NCBI GenBank assembly: GCA_964616785.1
Contig: CAZTRR010000002.1
Span: forward strand, 2,863-65,742
Direction: 5' to 3'
Source of the DNA: an uncultured Dehalococcoidales bacterium
GTDB taxonomy: Bacteria > Chloroflexota > Dehalococcoidia > GIF9 > UBA5629
DNA length: 62,880 nt
Both the position numbers and the translations under genes were made by a program. Under the pieces are notes generated by a model. The model saw only the letters and a program-made list of their open reading frames with translations, was not told where the DNA came from and searched no databases. The stretch's first letter is position 1, and each line of letters begins with the position of its first letter. Positions 53,776-62,222 of the stretch are shown piece after piece.

Positions 53776-54257
53776 AGGTGGAGAAAGCCAGGATAGGCGA
53801 CGCCAAGCGCATACACGGCCTGGTGAATGATTTTGCTGACAAAGGTGAGATGCTGGCCAGGGCGTTAAGCGAGATATACGAGAACCTACGTGACTATTTC
53901 GTCATCAGGGGTAGCAATAGTCAGGTTATTGCTGGCGTAGCCCTCCATATTTGGTGGGAAGATTTGGCTGAGATTAAGTCTTTAGCAGTAAGTGAGGACA
54001 AACATAGTCAGAGATTGGGTTCACAGCTTGTTGAGGCCTGTCTCAATGAAGCCAGGGAATTAGGCATACCCGAAGTCTTCTGCCTGACCTACAAGCCTGC
54101 CTTTTTTGAGAAGCAGGGTTTTCGCCAGCTTGACAAGATGGAGTTGCCGCGCAAGATTTGGTCTGAGTGTTATCGTTGCCCGAAGTTTCCTGATTGTGAT
54201 GAGGTGGCTCTTATCTTTCAATTTGAACCAAGCAAGGAGTCGCATGTAGCGCATTAG
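53772..54257 (+). CDS. GNAT-family N-acetyltransferase (short N-acetylglutamate-synthase-like)
   Basis: 161 aa, overlapping nadK by 4 nt. Acetyl-CoA motif SQRLGSQLVEA and C-terminal ECYRCPKFPDCDE. Confidence 0.75.
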   Translation: MKVEKARIGDAKRIHGLVNDFADKGEMLARALSEIYENLRDYFVIRGSNSQVIAGVALHIWWEDLAEIKSLAVSEDKHSQRLGSQLVEACLNEARELGIPEVFCLTYKPAFFEKQGFRQLDKMELPRKIWSECYRCPKFPDCDEVALIFQFEPSKESHVAH

Positions 54258-54364
54258 TCATTTGCGCATGATGAAGAATCCTGAATAAGATAAATCGTAA
54301 GCACTAGGTACGAAGTGCTAGACAATATGCGTGCAGGCAGAGCTTGCATAAGGGGTGGGGGAGT

Positions 54365-54397
54365 TGTGGTTGTCAGGTCAGGGACCTGACAACCACA
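54365..54397 (+). terminator. 15-bp perfect hairpin downstream of the GNAT gene
   Basis: TGTGGTTGTCAGGTC, loop agg, GACCTGACAACCACA. There is no clean T-run, so it may be a terminator or a REP-like element. Confidence 0.4.
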
Positions 54398-54407
54398 GAG
54401 AATTTGC

Positions 54408-54437
54408 TTGGAGTTTCGATATTCGGATTCGGGATAT
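54408..54437. repeat. second copy of the GATATTCG(A/G)ATT-type AT-rich element
   Basis: TTGGAGTTTCGATATTCGGATTCGGGATATG is about 70% similar by eye to 51996-52024. Confidence 0.4.
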
Positions 54438-54483
54438 GCCTGCTTAGGCATGGCGGTTTAAATAGAGAGGAAGAGCGTCACTG

Positions 54484-55017
54484 ATGGAGGAAACCTTATC
54501 AAGCCAACAGATTTATGATGGCCGGGCGGTGAAACTGCGAGTTGAAGTTGTACAGAAGGCCAAGGGCAAGACGACGACTCGCGAGATTGTTGAGCATAGC
54601 GATTGCGTGGCGGTGGTGGTTTTGGATTCTAAGGATAGAGTTATTCTGGTTCGCCAGTTCCGTAAAGCTGTGGGTAAGACTCTCCTGGAGATTCCGGCTG
54701 GTGGTATTGACCCCGGTGAACAGCCGATTGCCTGTGTTCGTCGTGAATTGCAGGAGGAGATAGGGTATTTGCCGAACAAGATAGACAAGCTTGGGGGTTT
54801 CTATGCGGCCCCCGGCTACTGCACTGAGTACTTGCACTTGTATGTGGCTACACACCTCATACCGAAACGGCTTCAGGCTGAAGACACCGAGGACATCGAG
54901 GTTGTTCGAGTGCCTTTATCTCAGATACCTGACCTTATCGCTTCAGGGGAAATCTGCGATGCCAAGAGCGTGGCCGCGCTGCTTAGGGTTATCTCCCTTG
55001 GACTAAAAGGCAGTTGA
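54484..55017 (+). CDS. NUDIX hydrolase (ADP-ribose pyrophosphatase-like)
   Basis: 177 aa. Nudix box GGIDPGEQPIACVRRELQEEIGY. Confidence 0.85.
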   Translation: MEETLSSQQIYDGRAVKLRVEVVQKAKGKTTTREIVEHSDCVAVVVLDSKDRVILVRQFRKAVGKTLLEIPAGGIDPGEQPIACVRRELQEEIGYLPNKIDKLGGFYAAPGYCTEYLHLYVATHLIPKRLQAEDTEDIEVVRVPLSQIPDLIASGEICDAKSVAALLRVISLGLKGS

Positions 55018-55188
55018 AGGCCAAATCATGTCCAACGCTCCAACTTCCGTGTCCAAGTTTGTCGAATGGGCTATTAACAATTGACTGTTCCTTGCTGCAT
55101 ACCAATTCTCAGTAACTACACACATACTTGACACTCAATTTCTACATCTACAGCGCCCCTATAGCGTCGCTCTGCCCCTGTATAACTC

Positions 55189-55623
55189 TCAAGAACCTTG
55201 CTTGTACCAATGGTCATGGACTCTATTCAATTGAAGCTCCCAGAACTGACGTCTTTTCCTCTCAACGTCTTCCGGTGGAGCTATGCCCTTCCTCTCCCAC
55301 TTGTCTCGGCTTAATTCAGCCGGTACACCCCTTAGTCCCCAAAATCCTTCACCAGATGTCCCTTTCTGTTTATTGATGACAATTGCTGAGAGCAACGGAT
55401 TGCCCTGCTCAAACTCACTGGCACTACATGCTCCTACTACCCATCCTATATCCCTTCGGCTAATCCGAAACCTGCTCATTAGCTCGCTGTAGGCAACGAC
55501 GTCTCTTCGCTTCGCCCTCTCTATGAGTTCTGCCTTTACCTTCTTCACATAATCTTCAAAAGCATCCCAAGACAATCGTAGTCCACGTGGTTTATACTTT
55601 TCAAAAATCTCTTGTAAGCCCAT
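55189..55623 (-). CDS. hypothetical protein (orphan, lower GC)
   Basis: 144 aa with a good SD (ggagga, 6 nt spacing). No family recognised with confidence. A central segment (YSELMSRFRIS..IGWVVGACS...NPLLSAIVINK) loosely recalls MGMT/ATL-type winged-helix domains without the catalytic Cys. Confidence 0.5.
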   Translation of the reverse strand: MGLQEIFEKYKPRGLRLSWDAFEDYVKKVKAELIERAKRRDVVAYSELMSRFRISRRDIGWVVGACSASEFEQGNPLLSAIVINKQKGTSGEGFWGLRGVPAELSRDKWERKGIAPPEDVERKRRQFWELQLNRVHDHWYKQGS

Positions 55624-55732
55624 TTGCCATCCTCCGTTTCAAGCTTATTTCTGTCTAATCCTAAGAGCCCCGAGTTCGTGCTCACCGGTGCGGAGCCTTA
55701 CAAACTCTAGCTTTGACATGCGAGATCTAGGA

Positions 55733-56290
55733 TTACGCTTTAACCTGATACTTGGCTTTTCCTTGTTCATACAGGTCGCCGCCGTAGATATCGTTGATAA
55801 CGGTGGCCGGGAAGCTCTCCACTTCAAGGCGGCGGATTGCCTCTGCACCTATGTCCTCGTAGGCTATTACCTCTGCCTTCTTGATGCTTTTGGAAATCAG
55901 GGCTCCAGCACCGCCTATGGCAGCGAAATACACTGCTTTGTATTCCTTCATGGCATCTTTGACTGCTTGTGACCGGTTACCCTTTCCAATCATTCCTTTC
56001 AGGCCGGCAGCCATAAGGCGGGGAGCATAGCTGTCCATCCGTCCGCTGGTTGTTGGTCCCGCCGAGCCGATGGCTTGCCCTGGCCTGGCTGGAGATGGCC
56101 CCATGTAATAGACAATCTGGTTGGTAAGGTCGAGAGGTAACCTTTCACCCTTATCTAGAGCTTCAATCAAGCGTTTGTGGGCGGCATCTCGAGCGGTATA
56201 GATGACGCCGGTAATAAAAACCTGGTCACCGGCTTTCAAGCTCTTGACGGTTTCCTCATCGAGCGGAGATTCTATGTTCAGAGTTGCCAT
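55733..56290 (-). CDS. class I (Fe-S) fumarate hydratase beta subunit (or related tartrate/fumarate hydro-lyase beta)
   Basis: ATG 56290 with SD aggagg. GPTTSGRMD motif typical of the C-terminal/beta domain. Confidence 0.85.
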   Translation of the reverse strand: MATLNIESPLDEETVKSLKAGDQVFITGVIYTARDAAHKRLIEALDKGERLPLDLTNQIVYYMGPSPARPGQAIGSAGPTTSGRMDSYAPRLMAAGLKGMIGKGNRSQAVKDAMKEYKAVYFAAIGGAGALISKSIKKAEVIAYEDIGAEAIRRLEVESFPATVINDIYGGDLYEQGKAKYQVKA

Positions 56291-56317
56291 CGTTATTCCT
56301 CCTTCGCAGCAGTTCAT

Positions 56318-57145
56318 TTAGCTTTGTTTCACAGTGAACTCAGGGAAAGGAACTTTGGGCTTGGTTTCAGTGGGAGGTGAGACTAGCGGAGCGGGCTGCT
56401 GCTTTTTCCGGAGTCCAAAGGCCTGAGATACCAGTCGTCTTTTGAGTAGCTGAATTGCCAGAGCTGGGTCTAGTCCCTTGGGGCAGGCTTCTGAGCAGGC
56501 ACCGGCAAGGTGACAATGCCATATTCCATGGTCAGTGTCTGCCACAGGGAACCTTTCCTGTTCACCTTCATCCCGGTTGTCAGCACAGTAGCGGTAACAC
56601 TGCGCTAGAGCTTGGGGGCCGAGGAAAAGCTTGTCGCTGGCCGCGGTCGGGCAAGCAGCAACACATATACCGCACTTCACGCAGTAAGTAAACTGCAAGA
56701 AACTCCGTAGTTCTTGGGGCGTCTGGGCGAATTCAGCAGTGGGCTCTTTCATTTCCTCCTCATCATAGCGGAGGATATAGGGCTTTACCGATTTGTGGTT
56801 CTCGAAAAGAGGATTCAGCTCAGGCACCAGATCTTTGATGATAGGCAGGTTGGGCAAAGATTTGACTGTTAGCGTGTCAGAGTGAAATTCTTCTATTTGT
56901 GTATGACAGGCGAGGTGGGGATAGTTGTTGATAAGCATGCCGCAGGAGCCACAGATTCCCATGCGGCAAGAGGTACGGAAAGCTAGGCTGCTATCCAGGT
57001 TTTCTTTTATATATATGAGACCTTCGAGTACGGTCGTGCCCCGGCTGGCCGGCACTGTGAATTCCTGAAAATGAGGGGCGCTATCTTGCTCAGGGTCGTA
57101 CCTCTGAACCTTGAATGTTATCCGTTTGGTGCTGTCTTCAGTCAT
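56318..57145 (-). CDS. sdhB: succinate dehydrogenase/fumarate reductase iron-sulfur subunit
   Basis: ATG 57145 (MTEDSTKRITFKVQRYDP) is preferred over the ORF-track start at 57343. Motifs CRMGICGSCGM, CVKCGICVAACP, CHLAGACSEACP. There is a C-terminal extension of about 40 aa. Confidence 0.9.
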   Translation of the reverse strand: MTEDSTKRITFKVQRYDPEQDSAPHFQEFTVPASRGTTVLEGLIYIKENLDSSLAFRTSCRMGICGSCGMLINNYPHLACHTQIEEFHSDTLTVKSLPNLPIIKDLVPELNPLFENHKSVKPYILRYDEEEMKEPTAEFAQTPQELRSFLQFTYCVKCGICVAACPTAASDKLFLGPQALAQCYRYCADNRDEGEQERFPVADTDHGIWHCHLAGACSEACPKGLDPALAIQLLKRRLVSQAFGLRKKQQPAPLVSPPTETKPKVPFPEFTVKQS

Positions 57146-57153
57146 GATGTCTC

Positions 57154-57519
57154 CTATCCGGCTAACAGACGCAGCGGCACATAGGTGCCGCCGATGAAGG
57201 CCACGATGCCAAAGGCTATGATAACCCAGGTAACGATGCGCTGGGTTGTAGCTGAGGGCGTCGACTCCAGTATGATGCCCCGAAGTCCCTTGAGAGCGTG
57301 ATACAAAACCACAGCGAGCAGGGCCATATACAAGCCTGCCCATACGCCCTGGATGGCTCGGCCTATCATGGATTCCCAGGAAACGGCCTCAGCCACATCA
57401 ACTCCGAAGAAACCAAGGATAGCATCGAGGTGCATAATCACCAGATGTATGGCCAATAGAACTGCTATCAGTACGCCGGTAATCAGTTGTAGAAACCACA
57501 GGTATGTATTGCGCATCAC
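57154..57519 (-). CDS. sdhD: succinate dehydrogenase/fumarate reductase membrane anchor subunit (SdhD-like)
   Basis: 121 aa, 3 TM helices. Assigned by position between the sdhC-like and sdhB genes. Confidence 0.7.
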   Translation of the reverse strand: MMRNTYLWFLQLITGVLIAVLLAIHLVIMHLDAILGFFGVDVAEAVSWESMIGRAIQGVWAGLYMALLAVVLYHALKGLRGIILESTPSATTQRIVTWVIIAFGIVAFIGGTYVPLRLLAG

Positions 57520-57959
57520 CAGCCTCCTACTATGAAGTCATAGAAGAAGACCAGGGAAAGGATGATGATCACCGCTACCAGGGAGATTGTCCAGGGCCGC
57601 TTCTTGCGGAGTGCGTCCTTGTATGGATAAACCGGTGGAGTAGGTCGTCCCATGGCAAAGCCCAATTCCTGTAAGATTAGGCGCAAGCCGTTCAAGGCGT
57701 GGTAGACAAAGGCAACGCAGACCAGATATTCGCCAATCTTAAACCATGGATTGCGGAGTAGCGCAATTGTAGCTTCCCAGACATCCTGGCCTTGAATACG
57801 GAAAACGGTTGTCATGGTCAGATGAATTATCAGGAAGAGCAGTATTCCTAAACCTGTTACTCGATGGAGTATGTAAAGGTAACGCTCTAGTTTGTATTTG
57901 CCTGCCCATACCCAACCGCTGGGCCCCAAGTAATTCTGCCGAGGTTGTATTTGCTTCAC
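57516..57959 (-). CDS. sdhC: succinate dehydrogenase/fumarate reductase cytochrome b subunit (SdhC-like)
   Basis: 3 TM helices with His residues. GTG 57959 (SD ggggg) is preferred; TTG 57986 would overlap sdhA by 17 nt. Confidence 0.7.
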   Translation of the reverse strand: MKQIQPRQNYLGPSGWVWAGKYKLERYLYILHRVTGLGILLFLIIHLTMTTVFRIQGQDVWEATIALLRNPWFKIGEYLVCVAFVYHALNGLRLILQELGFAMGRPTPPVYPYKDALRKKRPWTISLVAVIIILSLVFFYDFIVGGW

Positions 57960-57969
57960 GGTTAGCCCC

Positions 57970-59682
57970 CTAATATTTCCTTTCAACCGGCTGCCACATA
58001 GTGATGTTTACAGGGATGTAGTCGAGCCGCGGTCCTGTGGGCGTATAGTAGGCCAGAGTATGCTTGAGCCACTTGACATCATCCCGCTGTGGAAAGTCTC
58101 TCCGGGAATGAGCCCCTCGGGACTCAGTGCGGGCTAGAGCTCCAGCAACAACGATTTCAGCTAAGTCAAGGAGATTGTCACTTTCCAGGGCACTTAGCAG
58201 GTCAGTATTATAGATGCGTCCGTGGTCTTTGACTTGGATATTTGGCACCAATTGCTTCAGTTCCTTAATTCTATTGAGAGCTGCTTCCAGGTCTGGGCCA
58301 GTGCGGTAAACGCCAACCTGGCTGTCCATCGTTTTCTGCAGCTCCCTACGCAAGGCATAGGAGCTTTCCTTGCTGGTAGAACTGAACCTGTCGAAAACTC
58401 GCGACTCTTCATTTTTCAAAGCTGCTTCTTTAGGCGCCAGGGGTGAAGATTTCTGCTTTGAGACATAGCCAGCAGCCTTCTCTCCAGTGATTTTGCCCCA
58501 GGCAAGGCACTCGGCAGTTGAGTTCGAACCGAGACGGTTAGCACCATGAAGCGACTCGCAGCCAGACTCACCGGCTGCCCAGATACCCCCTACCGGCGTT
58601 GCCCCATCGATGTCGGTGTGAATGCCGCCCATAAAATAATGGGCAGCCGGTCGAACAGGGATTGGCTCGTATATAGGGTCGATGAAATTGAGTTTCATGG
58701 CGACTTCTCGAATCATAGGCAGCCGCTCGTTGATTTTATCGGCGCCGAGGTGACGCAGGTCAATATGAACATAGTCGAGGCCGCTCGGTTGAGGAAATCC
58801 CCTGCCCTCTTCGATTTCAGTTATCTCGGAGCGGGAGACGATATCTCGTGGAGCCAATTCCATCTTGGACGCAGCATATTTCTCCATGAATCTTTCGCCT
58901 TTGCTGTTGAGCAAGTAGCCGCCTTCACCTCGTGCTGCCTCTGTAATAAGGATGCCGGAAGGGACCAGGCCAGTAGGGTGAAACTGGACGAACTCCAGGT
59001 CCTTAATGGGCAGTCCGGCTCGGTAAGCCATGGCTAATCCATCGCCGGTAGCGGTAAGGGAGTAGGTGGTGAAACCGAACATGCGGCAAGCACCGCCGGC
59101 AGCGATAATCAGAGCTTTGCCCTGAATGAGGAAGAACTCGCCGCTGGCTAAGTCCCATACAGTAAGGCCGCAAAACGCATTGTCTTTTACCATGATGGAG
59201 CTAACGTAACATTCATCGTACCTGCTTACATTGGTATGTTTTTGCAGAGTGTCGTACAGGGTTTGCATTTCGAAGAAACCGGTCTTGTCGGCGGCAAATG
59301 TAGCTCGATTGTAGCTGTGGCCTCCGAATGGTCGCTGGTCAATCCGGCCATCAGGGCGACGTGACCAGGGGATCCCCCAATGGTCTAAAAGCAGGATTTC
59401 TTTTGGCATTTCTTCGACGAAGCGCATCACGACATCCTGGTCACAAAGAAAATCGGCGCCTCTCGTTGTGTCCCAGGCATGAAGCTCCAAACTGTCTCCC
59501 TCGTCTGGTTGCATGACTGCCGCAGTACCACCCTCAGCACAGACTGAATGAGCGCGCATTAGCTGGACTTTGGAGACAATGGCAATGTCAGCTTCCGAGT
59601 TGTTCCGTGCAACTTCCACGGCTGCTCGCAGTCCAGCGATACCGGCACCTAAAATTAGGATGTCGTGTTTCTTGCTCATCAT
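57970..59682 (-). CDS. sdhA: succinate dehydrogenase/fumarate reductase flavoprotein subunit
   Basis: ATG 59682 with SD aaggagac. ILILGAGIAGL FAD fold and the RAHSVCAEGG covalent-FAD His region. Confidence 0.93.
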   Translation of the reverse strand: MMSKKHDILILGAGIAGLRAAVEVARNNSEADIAIVSKVQLMRAHSVCAEGGTAAVMQPDEGDSLELHAWDTTRGADFLCDQDVVMRFVEEMPKEILLLDHWGIPWSRRPDGRIDQRPFGGHSYNRATFAADKTGFFEMQTLYDTLQKHTNVSRYDECYVSSIMVKDNAFCGLTVWDLASGEFFLIQGKALIIAAGGACRMFGFTTYSLTATGDGLAMAYRAGLPIKDLEFVQFHPTGLVPSGILITEAARGEGGYLLNSKGERFMEKYAASKMELAPRDIVSRSEITEIEEGRGFPQPSGLDYVHIDLRHLGADKINERLPMIREVAMKLNFIDPIYEPIPVRPAAHYFMGGIHTDIDGATPVGGIWAAGESGCESLHGANRLGSNSTAECLAWGKITGEKAAGYVSKQKSSPLAPKEAALKNEESRVFDRFSSTSKESSYALRRELQKTMDSQVGVYRTGPDLEAALNRIKELKQLVPNIQVKDHGRIYNTDLLSALESDNLLDLAEIVVAGALARTESRGAHSRRDFPQRDDVKWLKHTLAYYTPTGPRLDYIPVNITMWQPVERKY

Positions 59683-60524
59683 AGTACTGTCTCCTTGTGA
59701 CGAGCGCACCAGCACTGCATGTTGACTGCAACTGGCATACTGGCGATGTGGGCGGGAAAGACTTCGGCATGAACAGCCAGGGCAGTTATCCTGCCACCAT
59801 ACCCCATTGGTCCAATGCCTAGATTGTTAACTCGCTGCAGGATGTCCCTTTCCAACTCAGCAACCTCGGGGTCTGGATTCGGCTCGCCGAGTTTGCGCAG
59901 CAGTGCTTTTTTGGCCAGAGCCATGGTCTTGTCCGTTGTTCCGCCTACACCAACGCCGATAATGACTGGCGGGCATGGATTACTGCCAGACTCATCAACG
60001 AGGTTTACCACGAAATCTATAATTCCTTGACGACCTTTTGCCGGAGTTAGGGCAGTTAGGCGAGAACAGTTTTCAGAGCCGCCTCCCTTAGGTATTGCGC
60101 CAATTTTGAGCTTATCCCCAGGAACGATGTCGGTGTGGATGACAGCCGGGGTGTTATCCTTGGTGTTGACTCGGGCTGAGAAAGGTTGCTCCGCCATAGA
60201 CTTGCGCAGGTAACCTTTTTCATATCCTTGGCGTACTCCCTCATTTATGGCCGTGTAAAGGTCACCGCCAGTTATGTGAACTTCTTGCCCTATCTCCAAG
60301 AATACCACCGCAGTGCCGGTATCCTGGCATAGGGGGGTCTTCTCCTTGCGGGAGATTTCGGTATTCTCTAACATCTTGTCCAACACATCCTTGGCTACAG
60401 GGGACTCCTCAGTTTCCTTTGCTTGGTTGAGAGCGGCGAGTACATCTTCGGGAAGGTAAACGCAAGCCTCTTGAAACAGGCTGGACACGGTCTCGGTTAT
60501 CTGCTTGGAATCGATTTCCCTCAT
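59679..60524 (-). CDS. class I (Fe-S) fumarate hydratase alpha subunit
   Basis: ATG 60524 with SD aaggagc. CQDTGTAVVF motif. The stop overlaps the sdhA start by 4 nt. Confidence 0.85.
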   Translation of the reverse strand: MREIDSKQITETVSSLFQEACVYLPEDVLAALNQAKETEESPVAKDVLDKMLENTEISRKEKTPLCQDTGTAVVFLEIGQEVHITGGDLYTAINEGVRQGYEKGYLRKSMAEQPFSARVNTKDNTPAVIHTDIVPGDKLKIGAIPKGGGSENCSRLTALTPAKGRQGIIDFVVNLVDESGSNPCPPVIIGVGVGGTTDKTMALAKKALLRKLGEPNPDPEVAELERDILQRVNNLGIGPMGYGGRITALAVHAEVFPAHIASMPVAVNMQCWCARHKETVL

Positions 60525-60564
60525 CTTGGCGGTGCTCCTTTCTGCACACACATCTATTGTGTGG

Positions 60565-61920
60565 CTAATCTTCAGGTGCTGGAGGGATGTAGCCCTCCTT
60601 CATAAGAAGGGCAGTTGTTTCTCTCGCGTTCTTGATCATCCTTTCAGCTCGCCTGGTAAGCTCCTCTCGGTCAGCTTTTTCGCGGGCTACTCCTTGCTCG
60701 ATAGCCTTGAGGCCTACCGCCACGGCTTCTCTGACGAAAACCTCCCATTCTCCCATGGTGGGAGCGATACTGTCTTCACTTATGCCCCGGTCTTCAGCAC
60801 ATCTGGCGAGCTCATGGGCGGCAGTTATGCACATCTCATCGGTGATAGTCTTGGCTTTAACATCTAAAGTGCCGCGGAAGATACCGGGGAAGCCGATGGA
60901 GTTATTCACCTGGTTGGGGAAATCCGACCTCCCTGTGGCGATGATTCTGACTCCGGCCTCCTGCGCTTCCCAGGGCCAGATTTCCGGGATGGGATTGGCG
61001 CAGGCGAAGAGTATGGCGTCTTTGGCCATACCTTTGACCCATTCAGGTAAGATTACGCCTGGTCCTGACTTCGACAGCGAGATACATACATCGGCCCCCT
61101 TCAGAGCTTTAGCTATGTCACCGCTTCTTTTGTCCGGGTTAGTTCTCTGGCACAGGTCCCATTTATATGGGTTTTCCTGTTGTTTCTCCTCGAGGTCGGT
61201 TCTGCCCGTATGGAGGATGGCTTTGCTATCCACCACTATGGTGTTCGCCGGCTTAAATCCATCAGCAAAAAGTACCCTCAGGATGGCTACGTTGGCGGCG
61301 CCGATCCCATTAACAGCAAGCTTAGCATCCTCTTTCTTCTTGCCAACAATCTTCAGTGCGTTGATTAGTCCGGCGAGGGTGACGGCTGCTGTTCCCTGCT
61401 GGTCGTCATGCCATACTGGAATCTGTGCCTCCGCCCTTAGTCGGTCGAGGATGTAGAAGCACTTAGGGTTGGAAATATCTTCTAGATTGATGCCGCCGAA
61501 AGAAGGCTGGAGCCATTTCACTGCCTGGATAATCTCATCAGGGTCTTTGGTGTCGAGACAGATAGGCACAGCATCCACGCCACCCAGGTATTTGAAAAGG
61601 AGCGCCTTGCCTTCCATGACTGGCAGCCCGGCCTCGGGGCCAATGTCACCCAGGCCTAGGACCCTGGTGCCGTCAGAAACGACAGCCACGGTATTCCATT
61701 TATTGGTGAGTTCGTAGACTCTCTCTTTGTCCTCCTGAATCGCCCGACAGGGCGCAGCTACCCCCGGGGTGTACCAGATGGCGAAGTCGTTGAAGTCGCG
61801 AACGCAACATCTGGGTACGGTTTGCATTTTACCCCGGTAGAAGGGATGCAATTTCATGGCATCCTCCGCCGGCTTGCGTGCCTTGGCCAGAAGCTCTTCC
61901 TTAGTTATTTCTTGTGACAT
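60565..61920 (-). CDS. NAD(P)-dependent malic enzyme (short form, no PTA domain)
   Basis: 451 aa with SD gaaggagg. Motifs VVSDGTRVLGLGDIG and GTAAVTLAGLINAL. Confidence 0.9.
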   Translation of the reverse strand: MSQEITKEELLAKARKPAEDAMKLHPFYRGKMQTVPRCCVRDFNDFAIWYTPGVAAPCRAIQEDKERVYELTNKWNTVAVVSDGTRVLGLGDIGPEAGLPVMEGKALLFKYLGGVDAVPICLDTKDPDEIIQAVKWLQPSFGGINLEDISNPKCFYILDRLRAEAQIPVWHDDQQGTAAVTLAGLINALKIVGKKKEDAKLAVNGIGAANVAILRVLFADGFKPANTIVVDSKAILHTGRTDLEEKQQENPYKWDLCQRTNPDKRSGDIAKALKGADVCISLSKSGPGVILPEWVKGMAKDAILFACANPIPEIWPWEAQEAGVRIIATGRSDFPNQVNNSIGFPGIFRGTLDVKAKTITDEMCITAAHELARCAEDRGISEDSIAPTMGEWEVFVREAVAVGLKAIEQGVAREKADREELTRRAERMIKNARETTALLMKEGYIPPAPED

Positions 61921-61998
61921 GGCTTGCCTCCTTCAGTTTCCTTGTTGGTGCGTCAACGACCCGGGAAGTCACTGCTGCCCGCTCGTTGTCGTCTGGCT

Positions 61999-62199
61999 TC
62001 AAATCACACGGGATGGTCGCATTATGGATTCGAATGTGTTGTCGGGCAAAGGTGTACCGACTATGTGCTGAGTTGCTTGTCCCACGGCGCGTGTTTCCCA
62101 GTTGAATTCAACACCGGTGGCGTCCGGCACCTTCCGGGTTGCCGAGGCAACCCGAGGGCTGGGGCCATTGCCAGGGATGAGGATCAGTTTGTATGGCAC
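61999..62199 (-). pseudogene. truncated isocitrate/isopropylmalate dehydrogenase-family remnant (N-terminal ~66 codons only)
   Basis: MPYKLILIPGNGPSPRV...GVEFNWE...GTPLPDNTFESI matches the family N-terminus, but GDGIGPE has degraded to GNGPSPR. The frame stops 78 nt before the malic-enzyme start. Confidence 0.65.
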
Positions 62200-62222
62200 G
62201 ACGTGTTCCGCCTTTGCGAGAA

